A DNA stretch of 64,000 bases from an uncultured Gammaproteobacteria bacterium (lineage in GTDB: Bacteria; Pseudomonadota; Gammaproteobacteria; UBA9214): assembly GCA_963748215.1 (NCBI GenBank), contig CAVVHS010000007.1, forward strand, positions 160,001-224,000, in the 5' to 3' direction. The notes under the pieces are model-generated. The model saw nothing but the letters and a program-made list of their open reading frames with translations, had not been told where the DNA came from and searched no databases. The position numbers and the translations under genes were made by a program. How positions within the stretch are numbered: position 1 is the stretch's first letter; every line of letters begins with the position of its first letter. Positions 1-12,115 of this stretch are shown here, piece after piece.

Positions 1-2
1 AC

Positions 3-209
3 GTTGACTCCGATCGCTATGCACCGCGTGCGCAGCCCGAGGCCTACCCGGCGGACAGTTACGCGTACAGCGACAGCACCTGCCTGCAGGAACGCGAGTA
101 CCAGACGACGGTGGTGGTCGGTGGCAAGAACGTCCCGGCCTACGGCACCGCCTGCCTGCAGCCGGACGGCTCCTGGAAGCGCGATCGCGCGCAGCTGGTT
201 TCCTACTAG
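3..209 (+). CDS. 3' end of a surface-antigen-like protein (17-kDa antigen-like C-terminal motif), 5'-truncated by window edge
   Basis: Frame 3, translated by hand, reads ...CLQEREYQTTVVVGGKNVPAYGTACLQPDGSWK...* and is followed by a terminator hairpin. Confidence 0.7.
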   Translation, partial: VDSDRYAPRAQPEAYPADSYAYSDSTCLQEREYQTTVVVGGKNVPAYGTACLQPDGSWKRDRAQLVSY

Positions 210-233
210 AGACGGCGTTTGCCTGGTCCCCGA

Positions 234-268
234 GCCTTCCGCAGCACACCGGTGCGGGAGGCTTTTTT
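234..268 (+). terminator. Rho-independent terminator
   Basis: GCCTTCCGCA...TGCGGGAGGC stem followed by TTTTTT, just after the stop at 209. Confidence 0.7.
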
Positions 269-367
269 ACAGATTGTTCGGGTTCCCGGCCGCCCGCCGC
301 GCCGTTGCCGGCCGTGCTGTCCTGTCAGGGGGGTAACTGCAGGCACCATTGTTCTACAATCCAGACT

Positions 368-931
368 GTGAAAAACGCAACGCCCACAATCTTGCTCATG
401 ATCCTGGCGCTGGCGGCGCCGGTTCGTGCCGGGGATGTCGTGCACGAGGTCAACCCGGCGTCGGGCCTGTCAACCTGGCGTATGGAGGATGCGGCCTTCA
501 GTATCGAGCTGATCCAGCTGCTGCCGGATTTCGTCCGTGCCGTGTTTGCCTCCAAGGGGCTGCCGCAGGAGGTGATCGATGCCGTGAGCAGCTACTGTGC
601 GTTCGGTACCATCGTGCGCAACCGGTCCGCGGCCCCGCTGTCCTACAATGTCGCGGACTGGCGCTACCTGACGGCCGATGGTGTGGCGCATACCGGCAAG
701 ACCAAGGCCGCGTGGGTGAGCGAATGGCGCGATAGGGGGATTGCGTTCCGCTGGACGCTGCTACCGGAGGCACAGACCTTCCAGGTCGGTGACTGGGGTC
801 AGGGCTTCACCACGGTCGGGCTGCCGCCCGGCACCCGTTTCGATCTGCACTTTGGCTGGAGCCAGCACGGCAAGGCCATTCATCGCATCATAAAGGACAT
901 GCAGTGTGCGCCTGAAGATATTGAAAAATAG
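368..931 (+). CDS. Hypothetical secreted protein
   Basis: Signal peptide (ILLMILALAAPVRA); overlaps the next gene; GTG start is estimated. Confidence 0.7.
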   Translation: MKNATPTILLMILALAAPVRAGDVVHEVNPASGLSTWRMEDAAFSIELIQLLPDFVRAVFASKGLPQEVIDAVSSYCAFGTIVRNRSAAPLSYNVADWRYLTADGVAHTGKTKAAWVSEWRDRGIAFRWTLLPEAQTFQVGDWGQGFTTVGLPPGTRFDLHFGWSQHGKAIHRIIKDMQCAPEDIEK

Positions 932-1454
932 GTTTATATTATTGATAACCGTGCTGTTGCCGGGCGCTTTGCCGCTTGCACAGGAGGCGGTCCCGGAACT
1001 GAGTTACCAGCTGACGCGGCTGGAAGTACCGCTTGTGGCGCCCGGATTTGCGCTCACCGATATGGATGGCAAGACTCACCGCCTGGAGGACTACCGCGGT
1101 AACTGGGTGCTGATCAACTTCTGGGCGACCTGGTGTCCGCCCTGCCGCAAGGAGATGCCGTCGCTGGAACAGCTCTACCAGGCGTATCACGACCGGTCGT
1201 TCCGGGTGCTGGCGGTGAACCAGTGGGAGGACGTCGACCACGTGTTTTCCTACATGGGCGAGCTGAATGTGTTTCCGAGCTTTCCGATCCTGTTCGACCC
1301 GGAGAGCAAGATATCGGAAGCCTACGGGGTACGCGGCCTGCCGACCTCGTTCATCATCGATCCGCAGGGTCGCATCGCTTATCGGGCGGTCGGCGGGCGG
1401 GAATTCGATCACCCGGAGGTGATCAGGCTGATCGAGGGATTGCTGGCGCCCTAG
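906..1454 (+). CDS. TlpA/ResA-family thiol-disulfide oxidoreductase
   Basis: INFWATWCPPCRKEMP and GLPTSFIID motifs; N-terminal signal/anchor. Confidence 0.9.
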   Translation: MRLKILKNRFILLITVLLPGALPLAQEAVPELSYQLTRLEVPLVAPGFALTDMDGKTHRLEDYRGNWVLINFWATWCPPCRKEMPSLEQLYQAYHDRSFRVLAVNQWEDVDHVFSYMGELNVFPSFPILFDPESKISEAYGVRGLPTSFIIDPQGRIAYRAVGGREFDHPEVIRLIEGLLAP

Positions 1455-1483
1455 CCCGCATTTCTCACCGGGCGGGACGGCAG

Positions 1484-2056
1484 TTATTTGCCGGTGGCGG
1501 GGCCGGTCGCGGGATCCGTGCTTTTCCTTTGCGACGTGTTGCGGATGTCGAAGTGGGTCTTGATCTCGATGCGGCCATCGGCTTCCAGCGTGCCGAAGCG
1601 GTCTCCTTCGGCGCTGACAATGACCACCACCGGATCCTGGAACAGCGGCCGGCGTACGAAATGCAGCTGCCAGCCGAAGTTCTCGATCTGGCGCAACGAG
1701 GTCATCTGCTGCTTGTTGAGGATGTCATCGAGATTCCTCGGTACAGGGGCCAGGCCGTCGCGCTTCTCGGACCAGCTTACTGCGCCGGGGTCAGGAACAT
1801 CGGCTCCGCCGCTGCCGGAACGGACTGCGAATTCGGTGTCGATCCTGATTCTGCCGTCCGGGTCGAGCACGCCGATCTGGTCGTTTTTCGCGTTGCTCAC
1901 CACAGGGATCGGGTCCAGGAACAGCGGGCGGCGCACGAACTTCAGCTGCCAACCCAGTGCAGTGATCTCGTCCAGCGTCTTTGCCTGCGCCGCGGTCAGC
2001 ACCTGTCGCAGGTTCTGGGGAATGGCCTGTTCTCCCTTGCGCTTGTCGTTTTGCAT
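1484..2056 (-). CDS. Hypothetical protein with an internally duplicated ~75-aa domain
   Basis: GWQLKFVRRPLFLDP...DGRIRI repeated as GWQLHFVRRPLFQDP...DGRIEI. Confidence 0.8.
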   Translation of the reverse strand: MQNDKRKGEQAIPQNLRQVLTAAQAKTLDEITALGWQLKFVRRPLFLDPIPVVSNAKNDQIGVLDPDGRIRIDTEFAVRSGSGGADVPDPGAVSWSEKRDGLAPVPRNLDDILNKQQMTSLRQIENFGWQLHFVRRPLFQDPVVVIVSAEGDRFGTLEADGRIEIKTHFDIRNTSQRKSTDPATGPATGK

Positions 2057-2224
2057 CAGTCGATACCCGTGTTGCCCGGAACGGAAATGGTTGTGAATCC
2101 ATGAGGGTATTCGGCGCCGCCGGCCGATCCCTTGAGCGGAATGTTCCCCGGGCGGCCATTCCAGACGGCCGTCGCGGCCGGCAAGACCCCTGCGCCGCCC
2201 CGGAACAGGGCTATGCTGTGTGGT

Positions 2225-2887
2225 ATGTCACTGCGATCAGCTCTTTTCCTGCCGGCCATGGGGCTGCTGCTGTGTGCAGCCGCGCTGGCAGAAGACGCCG
2301 ACTGGCCCGAGTCCGTCACGGCGGCCGATACCGCCCGGGTCAACGAGGGGGCGCTGGTATTTCTTGCGTCTGCCCCGGAGCGCCGGATACTGCAGACGCG
2401 CAATCGCCTGACCATCGGTGCGGACAGCCTGGCCAGCGGCTGGCTCGCGCTCGAACAGTGCCAGGGCAACCTTGACCCCGTCGCCGCGGTAGAAATCGTA
2501 TATCGCTACCACGGTCTGCGCGGTCTGCGCGTGGCTTCGGCAACGGCCATGGATGCGGCGCACGTGGCCGGCAACACCGTGCAGCTGAGCGGTGTGCGGC
2601 CGGGCGGCGAGGTGTGCATCGTGGCCGAGGTGCAGGTGCTGAAGCCGGACGGTGCCGGTGGCTACCGCCTGCAAAGCGGCCCGTTTCACCGACGCTTCCT
2701 GGATGGCTATTACCCGCTCGCACTCGACTACCGGGTCGAGTGGCCGGCTGATCGGCTTGCACTGGTGTCGGTAGCGCCCGAAGCGCAGCCGGGATATGCG
2801 ATACATGCGCGGCCGGGAGTCCTGCACATCGACACCCTGTTCGAAGGCCGGCTGACCATTGAACTGCAATTCGAGTCCCGAAGATAA
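2225..2887 (+). CDS. Hypothetical secreted protein
   Basis: Signal peptide (GLLLCAAALA); coding-like composition. Confidence 0.7.
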   Translation: MSLRSALFLPAMGLLLCAAALAEDADWPESVTAADTARVNEGALVFLASAPERRILQTRNRLTIGADSLASGWLALEQCQGNLDPVAAVEIVYRYHGLRGLRVASATAMDAAHVAGNTVQLSGVRPGGEVCIVAEVQVLKPDGAGGYRLQSGPFHRRFLDGYYPLALDYRVEWPADRLALVSVAPEAQPGYAIHARPGVLHIDTLFEGRLTIELQFESRR

Positions 2888-2899
2888 TCATCACAATCA

Positions 2900-3230
2900 A
2901 GTCGAGCCAAGACGCGAAGACGCAAAGAAAAACAAAACCCGCCACAGGGGCCACCGAGTCACAGAGGCAATAAATCCTGTTAGCTGTGCAGGATGCGGTG
3001 TGCCTGCAAACCGCATCGAATGTATTGCGATGTTGTATGTACTTTCGGCAGGTGTGGGCCTGGATCGCGAACACATCAAGCACCGCGGTTGCCGCCAAGT
3101 GCAGTTAGCGTTAGTGAAACCCGGCTTACGGACTGTTGTTTTTGGCTGGATTCCCGCCTGCGCGAGAATGACATTACTAATCTCTGCTCCCTCGGTGCGC
3201 TCTGTGGCATATTATTCTTTGCGTCTTTGC
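2900..3230. repeat. Intergenic mosaic of REP-like and short tandem-motif repeats between convergent genes
   Basis: GGATGCGGTG...AACCGCATC hairpin and CTGGATTCCCGCCTGCGCGAGAATGAC; diverged homologue at ~11650-11830. Confidence 0.65.
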
Positions 3231-3260
3231 ACGAGATATATGTTTCATGCAACTCTGTAA

Positions 3261-4145
3261 TCAGCCACTGCCCGAGCTGGCGATCAGGAACACCCCGAAC
3301 ACCATCAGGGCGCCCGCAGCAAGGTTTTTCGACAGCCCCTGTTCGTGAAACAGCCAGGCGCCGTACAGCATGCCGAACAGCAGGCTGGTGCGCTTGACTG
3401 CGATCATGTAGGCGACCTCGATCTGCCCGATGGCGTAGAAATGTGTCACCACCATGATCGCCATGCAGGCGCCGATGGCGAGGTGCGCCAGCGGATGCCG
3501 GCCCAGTGCGCGCCAGGTGCCGATTTGCCGCGATCCGAACACCAGCGCAGTCACGCCGCCCAGCGCGACGAAATAGAACGGACCGAAAAACCCCGGCGTG
3601 ACATGCGCTAACGCCGCTTTGCCAAGCACCGAGGTCAGGCTGTAGATGGCCGCGGTGATCAGCATCAGGCGCGAGCCCGGCTCGCGTGCGATAGCGTGAA
3701 ACGGTGCGAATATGCGCCAGCCCGTGCTGTCGCGCGCCGCCTGCAGATTCAGCAGCCAGGCACCGCATACCACCAGCAGGATACCGGCGAAGCCGGCCGG
3801 GCTGACCTGTTCGCCGAGCAGCAGGTAGCCGGTCAGCACGTTGAACACCGGGGTGAAGGCCAGGTAGGGCAGGGTAAGCGAGAGGGGCGATTCGCGGATC
3901 GCCCGCATGTACAGCCACATGGCGAGGATTTCCAGCGGCATCAGCACGGCCACCCAGCCCCAGAATGCGGCCGTCAGTGCCGGCCACGGTTGCAGCAGCA
4001 ACAGGGGCAGCAGCAGCACACCGGCCACTCCGAATCGTACCAGCACCAGTTCGCCGGGCCGGTAGTGTGCGAGGAAACGCTTGGACAGCGCATCCGCGGT
4101 CGCGAGGAAAAAAGCGGACAGCAGGGTCAGTCCAAGCCAGTTCAT
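3261..4145 (-). CDS. DMT/EamA-family transporter
   Basis: About 10 hydrophobic segments, 294 aa, FTPVF...LLLGE motif. Confidence 0.88.
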   Translation of the reverse strand: MNWLGLTLLSAFFLATADALSKRFLAHYRPGELVLVRFGVAGVLLLPLLLLQPWPALTAAFWGWVAVLMPLEILAMWLYMRAIRESPLSLTLPYLAFTPVFNVLTGYLLLGEQVSPAGFAGILLVVCGAWLLNLQAARDSTGWRIFAPFHAIAREPGSRLMLITAAIYSLTSVLGKAALAHVTPGFFGPFYFVALGGVTALVFGSRQIGTWRALGRHPLAHLAIGACMAIMVVTHFYAIGQIEVAYMIAVKRTSLLFGMLYGAWLFHEQGLSKNLAAGALMVFGVFLIASSGSG

Positions 4146-4378
4146 GGGGGTGTGAGGTGTGGTTGAATCGGGCCGGGTACCGGGCGCGAACGCCAGTATA
4201 CCGGTTCTCCGCGCGCCGTCAGCAGTGATCGCGCAGACGATAATCGCGCCGTTTTTTATACAATACGGGTATCATCGGAAATACGGGTATTCCTTCCGCA
4301 GCCTGGTTGTCTCCCCCTGGACCTGGAATGTGCCCGCTTACGTCGTCGACCTCGACCGCATACAAGGGTAACTCAGCT

Positions 4379-5092
4379 ATGAAATGCAGTGCAGAACGCC
4401 TGATCGACGCCATGATCGGCGTCGACCTGGCCAAGCAGCGCAAGGCCGAACAGGAACGGGCCACCATCGCCAGAAAGGCCACCTATGTCGTGACGGTGTC
4501 GCGCGGCTACGGCTCGCGTGGCAAGCAGGTGGCACAGGCGCTGGCCGACCGCCTGGGCGTGCGCTGTTGCGACCGCACCATCCTGGAGGAGGTTGCCAAG
4601 CGCGCCGCGGTAGACATCGAGCTGGTCTCGAAACTCGATGAAACCGTCAGGCGTTCCGCCCTGATGCCCTGGAAGGCCGCGTTCACCGGCAAGACACTGG
4701 GCGAGCAGCGCTACCTGGATCACCTGATAAAGGTGGTTCTGAACATCTCGAAAAAGGGCGGTGTCATTGTCGGGCGCGGCGCGCACCTGATTCTCGGGCC
4801 CGAACGCGCCTTTCGTGTCCGTATCGTCGGCAGCCCGGATGCCTGTGCCGCGCGGATTGCCGAGCGGGAACACATTGACCTGGCAGCGGCCAGGGAACGC
4901 GTGCGGACTGTCGACGAGGAGCGAGCCCAGTACCTGGAGAAACTTTACGGTTCAGACATCAAGGACTGCAGCGACTACGACTTCGTCATCAACTCGGACC
5001 GCTTCAGCCTCGAGCAGATGGTCGACATGATACTCGGTGGCATGCGGCAGGCGGGCTACGACATCACTCCGGATATCCTGCAGGCTGGCTGA
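4379..5092 (+). CDS. Cytidylate kinase-like family protein
   Basis: VTVSRGYGSRG, VIVGRGA and YDFVINS motifs. Confidence 0.85.
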   Translation: MKCSAERLIDAMIGVDLAKQRKAEQERATIARKATYVVTVSRGYGSRGKQVAQALADRLGVRCCDRTILEEVAKRAAVDIELVSKLDETVRRSALMPWKAAFTGKTLGEQRYLDHLIKVVLNISKKGGVIVGRGAHLILGPERAFRVRIVGSPDACAARIAEREHIDLAAARERVRTVDEERAQYLEKLYGSDIKDCSDYDFVINSDRFSLEQMVDMILGGMRQAGYDITPDILQAG

Positions 5093-5248
5093 GCAGTCCT
5101 GGCACGTAATCCCGCCGGGGGGTGCTGGCGCCGCGTGGCCAGGGCCGGATGGATGCAGCGGGTCCGGACTGTCCGTGGCGTGGTATCAACCCGGTTGTTC
5201 GCAAGGGGGCTATGCCCGGCCGGCACTTGCTGCCGGCTGAATACCCGC

Positions 5249-7870
5249 TTATCTGACCAGACTCAGGGAGGGTCTGGTAAACAACAGCTGCTCGATTTCC
5301 GCGGCAGGTCGGGGCGGACTGAATAGATAACCCTGCATTTCATCGCAGCCGTTATCGCACAGAAAGGCGCGCTGTTCATTTGTCTCCACACCCTCGGCAA
5401 TGACAGTCAGATTGAGGGTATGACCGAGGGCGAGGATGGCCTTGATGATGGCCGCATCGTTCCTGTCATGCGGGATATCCTGCACAAATGAACGGTCGAT
5501 TTTCAGCTTGTTCAGCGGGAACCGCTTCAGGTAGCTCATCGATGAGTAGCCGGTGCCGAAGTCATCGATTGCCAGGCGCACACCCAGCTTGCGCAGCTCG
5601 CCCAGTTTCTCGATGGTTGCGACAGCGTTGTGCATGATGCAGCTCTCGGTTATTTCCAGCTCCAGGCAATGCGGCTCGAGCCCGGTATCGGCCAGGATCT
5701 TGCTGACGGTCCGGATCAGGCGGTCATTGATCTGGTGGCCAGAAAGATTTATTGCCATTCGCAACGGGGTTTCCGGCGCATCCTGCCATCTCCTGGCCTG
5801 CGTGCAGGCGGCATGCATGACCCATGCCCCAAGCGACTCGATCAGGCCGGCATCTTCGGCAACCGGGATGAACAGGTCGGGCGGCACCATGCCATGCTGT
5901 GGATGCCGCCAGCGCAGCAGTGCCTCCAGACCCACGATACGACCGGTCTCCAGCGATACCTGTGGCTGATAGTGCAGCAGGAATTCATTTCTCTCCAGTG
6001 CATGGCGCAGGTCAGTCTCCATTGTCAGTCGCTTGTTGGCGGCTGTCGTCATGTCGACGAGGTAGAACCGGTACTTGTTGCCGCCATCAGTCTTGGCGTC
6101 GAACATGGCAACATCTGCATGTTTCATCAGCGAGGTCACGTCGTGCCCGTCCTGGGGATACATGCTGATTCCGATGCTGGCACCCAGGAAGACTTCCCGC
6201 CCGGAAACATGGAATGGCCTGGCCAGAGTGGCCAGCAGCCTTTGCGCAACCTCGGGCACAGAATCCGGGTCGCCCAGGTCCTCGAGGATAATCGTGAATT
6301 CGTCGCCACCCAGGCGTGCGACGGTATCGCCCTCGCGTGCGGTGTGAAGCAGGCGCTGCGCGACCTGCTTCAGCAAGTCATCACCTGCCGGATGGCCGAG
6401 CGAGTCGTTGATTTTCTTGAAGCCGTCCAGGTCCAGGAACAGCAGCGCCAGCTGCCGTTGATTGCGCCGGTGATGCTGCAGGGCATGGGTGAGCCGGTCG
6501 CTGAACAGCAGCCGGTTGGGCAGGTCTGTGAGCGAGTCATGATGCGCCATGTGGTCCAGCTTTTTCCGTGTGGCGTGACGTTCGCTGATGTCCAGAACAA
6601 TGGCGACAAATGCCTGTTCGGCACCCGGCGCGGAAAGCTGCAGATTCACCTCCACGGGGTAACAGGTACCGTCCCTGCGACTGTGTACCGTCTCGAACTG
6701 CACGCGCTGGCTGGATCCGTCCAGCAAGGGCTCGAGCGTTTCCAGGAACGCCTCGCGGGTCACTTCCGGCTTGATGTCCACGGGTGTCAGGTGGTGAAGT
6801 TCCTCCATGGTGTAACCGAGGTTGTTACGCGCACCCTGGTTAACATTCATGAACCTGAGTGAATCCTTGCTGAAGATGTAGATCTCGTTTAGCGATTGTT
6901 CGAGAATTTCGCCCAGGCTGTTCGCCTTTTCCTGGAGATGCCGGCCGAGCAATTGCCGGGCTTGCCGGTGTTCGTTGAAGATCGCTGTCAACAGCAGGGT
7001 GGTAATGGATATGGTGCCCACGAATGACTGCAGCAAGAGCAGCGATTCGTTCATGTCGGCGCGCACGAACGGGCCGGCACCGCCGATGGTGCCCCACAAG
7101 GCACTGGTCGCGACGAGGGCGATACAGGCGGTGGCACCATGCTTGCCAAAGCGCAGTGCGGCCCAGGTGAGCGGGATAAGGGGCAGGAATGCCAGCGGGT
7201 AGTTATTGACCGCGAGCGAAGACTGGCGTCCGAACACGACATGCGCAATCAGCAGTGTGCCGGTTGACAGGCATGCGGCTTCAAGCAGGCGTACAGCGGA
7301 CCAGTCCGGTTGCGGCAGGGTCTTCCAGGTCAGCAGCAGGGGTGTAAGCAGCAGGACACCGCCGGCATCGCCCAGCCACCAGGTGATCCAGATCGCCGCG
7401 AAATCCGGCCTGCTGGCGGGTGCTGTTTCCAGCAGCGTAAGGGTGCCTACCGTCGCACTGAGCATGGTCGCCAGCAGGCCGCCGGCAACGACAAGGACAA
7501 TCAGACCGCGGGTGCTGTCCAGCGGATTCCCGGGTCTGGCCAGTTTCTGCACCAGCAGGGCGCCCGAGACGGCCGCGAGCGTATTGCCCGTCGCGATACC
7601 CAGTGACCCGATCACTGACAGATCGGCCATGACATTGACGGTAAACGCGCCAAGTGTGATGAAAGGCCACAGGCGCAGGCCGAACATCAGCAACGCTGCC
7701 AGGGCGATACCGCTGGGTGGCCATACGGCGGTGACGTTGTTGTGCACGACGGCCAGCTGCAGTCCCAGCTCGGCTGACAACACGTAGAGTAATGTCACGC
7801 CCAGGCCGGCCAGAATCAGTCGCGTCGTTTGCTGGTTGTCGTGCTGCGCGACATACGGGTTGCTGTCCAT
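5249..7870 (-). CDS. MASE1-PAS-GGDEF-EAL diguanylate cyclase/phosphodiesterase
   Basis: VWPPSGIALA and WWLGD (MASE1), PAS, HDSLTDLPNR, RLGGDEF, EALLRW, DDFGTGYSS. Confidence 0.95.
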   Translation of the reverse strand: MDSNPYVAQHDNQQTTRLILAGLGVTLLYVLSAELGLQLAVVHNNVTAVWPPSGIALAALLMFGLRLWPFITLGAFTVNVMADLSVIGSLGIATGNTLAAVSGALLVQKLARPGNPLDSTRGLIVLVVAGGLLATMLSATVGTLTLLETAPASRPDFAAIWITWWLGDAGGVLLLTPLLLTWKTLPQPDWSAVRLLEAACLSTGTLLIAHVVFGRQSSLAVNNYPLAFLPLIPLTWAALRFGKHGATACIALVATSALWGTIGGAGPFVRADMNESLLLLQSFVGTISITTLLLTAIFNEHRQARQLLGRHLQEKANSLGEILEQSLNEIYIFSKDSLRFMNVNQGARNNLGYTMEELHHLTPVDIKPEVTREAFLETLEPLLDGSSQRVQFETVHSRRDGTCYPVEVNLQLSAPGAEQAFVAIVLDISERHATRKKLDHMAHHDSLTDLPNRLLFSDRLTHALQHHRRNQRQLALLFLDLDGFKKINDSLGHPAGDDLLKQVAQRLLHTAREGDTVARLGGDEFTIILEDLGDPDSVPEVAQRLLATLARPFHVSGREVFLGASIGISMYPQDGHDVTSLMKHADVAMFDAKTDGGNKYRFYLVDMTTAANKRLTMETDLRHALERNEFLLHYQPQVSLETGRIVGLEALLRWRHPQHGMVPPDLFIPVAEDAGLIESLGAWVMHAACTQARRWQDAPETPLRMAINLSGHQINDRLIRTVSKILADTGLEPHCLELEITESCIMHNAVATIEKLGELRKLGVRLAIDDFGTGYSSMSYLKRFPLNKLKIDRSFVQDIPHDRNDAAIIKAILALGHTLNLTVIAEGVETNEQRAFLCDNGCDEMQGYLFSPPRPAAEIEQLLFTRPSLSLVR

Positions 7871-8045
7871 GAAATCCCTTTCTCGAGTGGGTCATTCCGG
7901 GCATCGTCCCGGATACCCGCCATTCCGAGAAGGAGCATCGACCACGGGTTCCGTATCTTGACCCTGTCCAGATGTCTGGCGGGCACGTTAATGCGGAATA
8001 AATTGCTGATTTACGGTAAAATACCGCTTCAACAGGAAGTCCATC

Positions 8046-10229
<2,184 letters not shown>

Positions 10230-10351
10230 CCTGCAAATTGCATCAGCCGGAACAGGCATGGAGGTTGCCTGCATGCAGACGATCAGTATCTTGTTCGTCG
10301 TTTCCGCGTGCCCGACATGACCACCCGGTGATACTGGACTATGCTGCCGTT

Positions 10352-11626
10352 ATGACACAACCGCTTCTGCACATTCGCGGCATGCCCTACGTGCCCGGCA
10401 GCGCTCGCGGCGTGCTGCAACACGGCATGGGTGAGGACAGTGACGGCCGTATCGTTGTGCTAGAAACACTCCTGTCGGGATCATTGCCGCATCCCCCGGC
10501 CGGTATTGTCGTGGTCAATGGCGCGCCGCTGTCACATGCCATGATCCCGCTGCTTGGCAGCGGCGTACCCACGGTTCTGGTCACGCCTGCACAGGCCGCG
10601 GTCCTGCGCGAGGGTGTCGAGGTGTTGCTCGATGGCAGCACCGGCCTGATCATCTCATCCGCCGTGGCCACCACCGGGACCGGTTTGCCGCCGGTGCTTC
10701 CGCCCGCGGTGACATCCGATGGTACCCGGATCACCCTGCGCGTCAGTGCCCGTGACCCGCACGATGTGCAACGTGCCGTTGCCCTCGGCGCCGAGTCAAT
10801 CGGCCTGGTGCGTTCCGAGTTCCTGGTGCCCGCTGATGCCCGGCAGCGCCCGGATGCGGCCTTCTTCCGACAGGCCTTCGCTGCGTTGTGCGCAGCTGCC
10901 GGCGGCCTGCCGGTGACCATCCGCCTGATCGATATCGCGGCTGACAAGCAGCCGGCCTGGCTGCCGGCACAGGCCGGTGTCGGCGGGGCGCTAGGACGTC
11001 AGGGTGTACGCTTGTACACGGACCCGGTCGTGCATGCCATCTATCGGGCGCAACTGGAGGCCATTGACAGCCTTGCGGCTGAGGGTGAGTTGCGCGTGTT
11101 GTTGCCGTACGTGGCTGATCGGGTGGAACTGGAATACTGGTGCCGGGATATCCAGGCACAGCTGTCACGGCCCCTGCCCATCGGCGCCATGGCCGAGACA
11201 CCGGCCGCCGCGCTGGCGCTTGGCGAATGGCTCGAGGTCGCGGACTTCGTGGGACTGGGATGCAATGACCTGATGCAGTGCCTGTTCGGTGCCGACCGCG
11301 ACCGCCCGGAACTGGCGCATTACCTGGATCCCCATGCACCCGCGCTGTACCGTTTCCTGCGGCAGGTTGCCGTCGGGATGCGGGGGCAGGGTGAGCAGGT
11401 ACAGCTGTGCGGGGTATTGCCGCAGCTGCCCGCTATCCTCCCGGTGTTGCTGGGCCTGGGGTTCCGCGTCTTCTCGGTGGAAGCCGCACAGCTGCCCTGG
11501 CTGGTGCGGTCGATTGCGCAGACCGATATCGGGGTGGCGCGGGATCTGGCAGAACAGGTGTGCCGCGCGGACGCGTCATCCGGGGTGCGGGAGTTGCTGG
11601 GGCTGGCTGTATGCCGGGCGTTGTAG
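10352..11626 (+). CDS. Truncated-architecture PEP-utilising (PTS enzyme I-like) protein
   Basis: GAPLSHAMI His-domain motif; IGLVRSEFL, IRLIDIAADK, ETPAAA, GCNDLMQ and QLCG of the PEP-binding barrel. Confidence 0.8.
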   Translation: MTQPLLHIRGMPYVPGSARGVLQHGMGEDSDGRIVVLETLLSGSLPHPPAGIVVVNGAPLSHAMIPLLGSGVPTVLVTPAQAAVLREGVEVLLDGSTGLIISSAVATTGTGLPPVLPPAVTSDGTRITLRVSARDPHDVQRAVALGAESIGLVRSEFLVPADARQRPDAAFFRQAFAALCAAAGGLPVTIRLIDIAADKQPAWLPAQAGVGGALGRQGVRLYTDPVVHAIYRAQLEAIDSLAAEGELRVLLPYVADRVELEYWCRDIQAQLSRPLPIGAMAETPAAALALGEWLEVADFVGLGCNDLMQCLFGADRDRPELAHYLDPHAPALYRFLRQVAVGMRGQGEQVQLCGVLPQLPAILPVLLGLGFRVFSVEAAQLPWLVRSIAQTDIGVARDLAEQVCRADASSGVRELLGLAVCRAL

Positions 11627-11639
11627 CAGCACAGGCGTT

Positions 11640-11975
11640 CGCAAATTGCTGTCTCGCGCCAACACGCAAGGATGCCAAGGAAAACCCGCTACAGAGGACA
11701 CGGCGCACACAGAGAAAATACAGCCCTGATGACTGTGTAGGATGCGGTGAGCCTGCGAACCGCATCGAACGTATTTCTACGCTGCCAGTTCTGGCTGCAG
11801 GAGCGGACCGTCACCGCGAAAAAATCTCGCGCGGAGGGCGCAAAGACAACATCGCGAATGAGAGAGCCAGATACACAGGAAGTCTGAATGTCATCCCCGC
11901 GCACGATCTATGGGGAGATGGCGAGAACGGGAACCGGTCTCACCTCCTCCCTGCAGTCATGCGCTCCTACACTCA
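11640..11975. repeat. Intergenic REP mosaic between convergent genes
   Basis: GTAGGATGCGGTGAGCCTGCGAACCGCATC at ~11737; similar to 2900-3080. Confidence 0.65.
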
Positions 11976-12042
11976 ATAGCTGCACCGGGGCAGGCGCGGA
12001 CATTGTCCACGAACGTTTCGGAAATAGGGTAATGCATTGAAA

Positions 12043-12092
12043 GGCAGGGGCCGGGGTTTTGCACCGGGTGGTGCCTGTCCCCGGCCCCTGCC
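12043..12092 (-). terminator. Strong hairpin, probable terminator of the Gly-rich gene
   Basis: 14-bp perfect stem GGCAGGGGCCGGGG/CCCCGGCCCCTGCC just downstream of the stop at 12116. Confidence 0.6.
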
Positions 12093-12115
12093 GAATGGAT
12101 CAACCAACGGACGGG

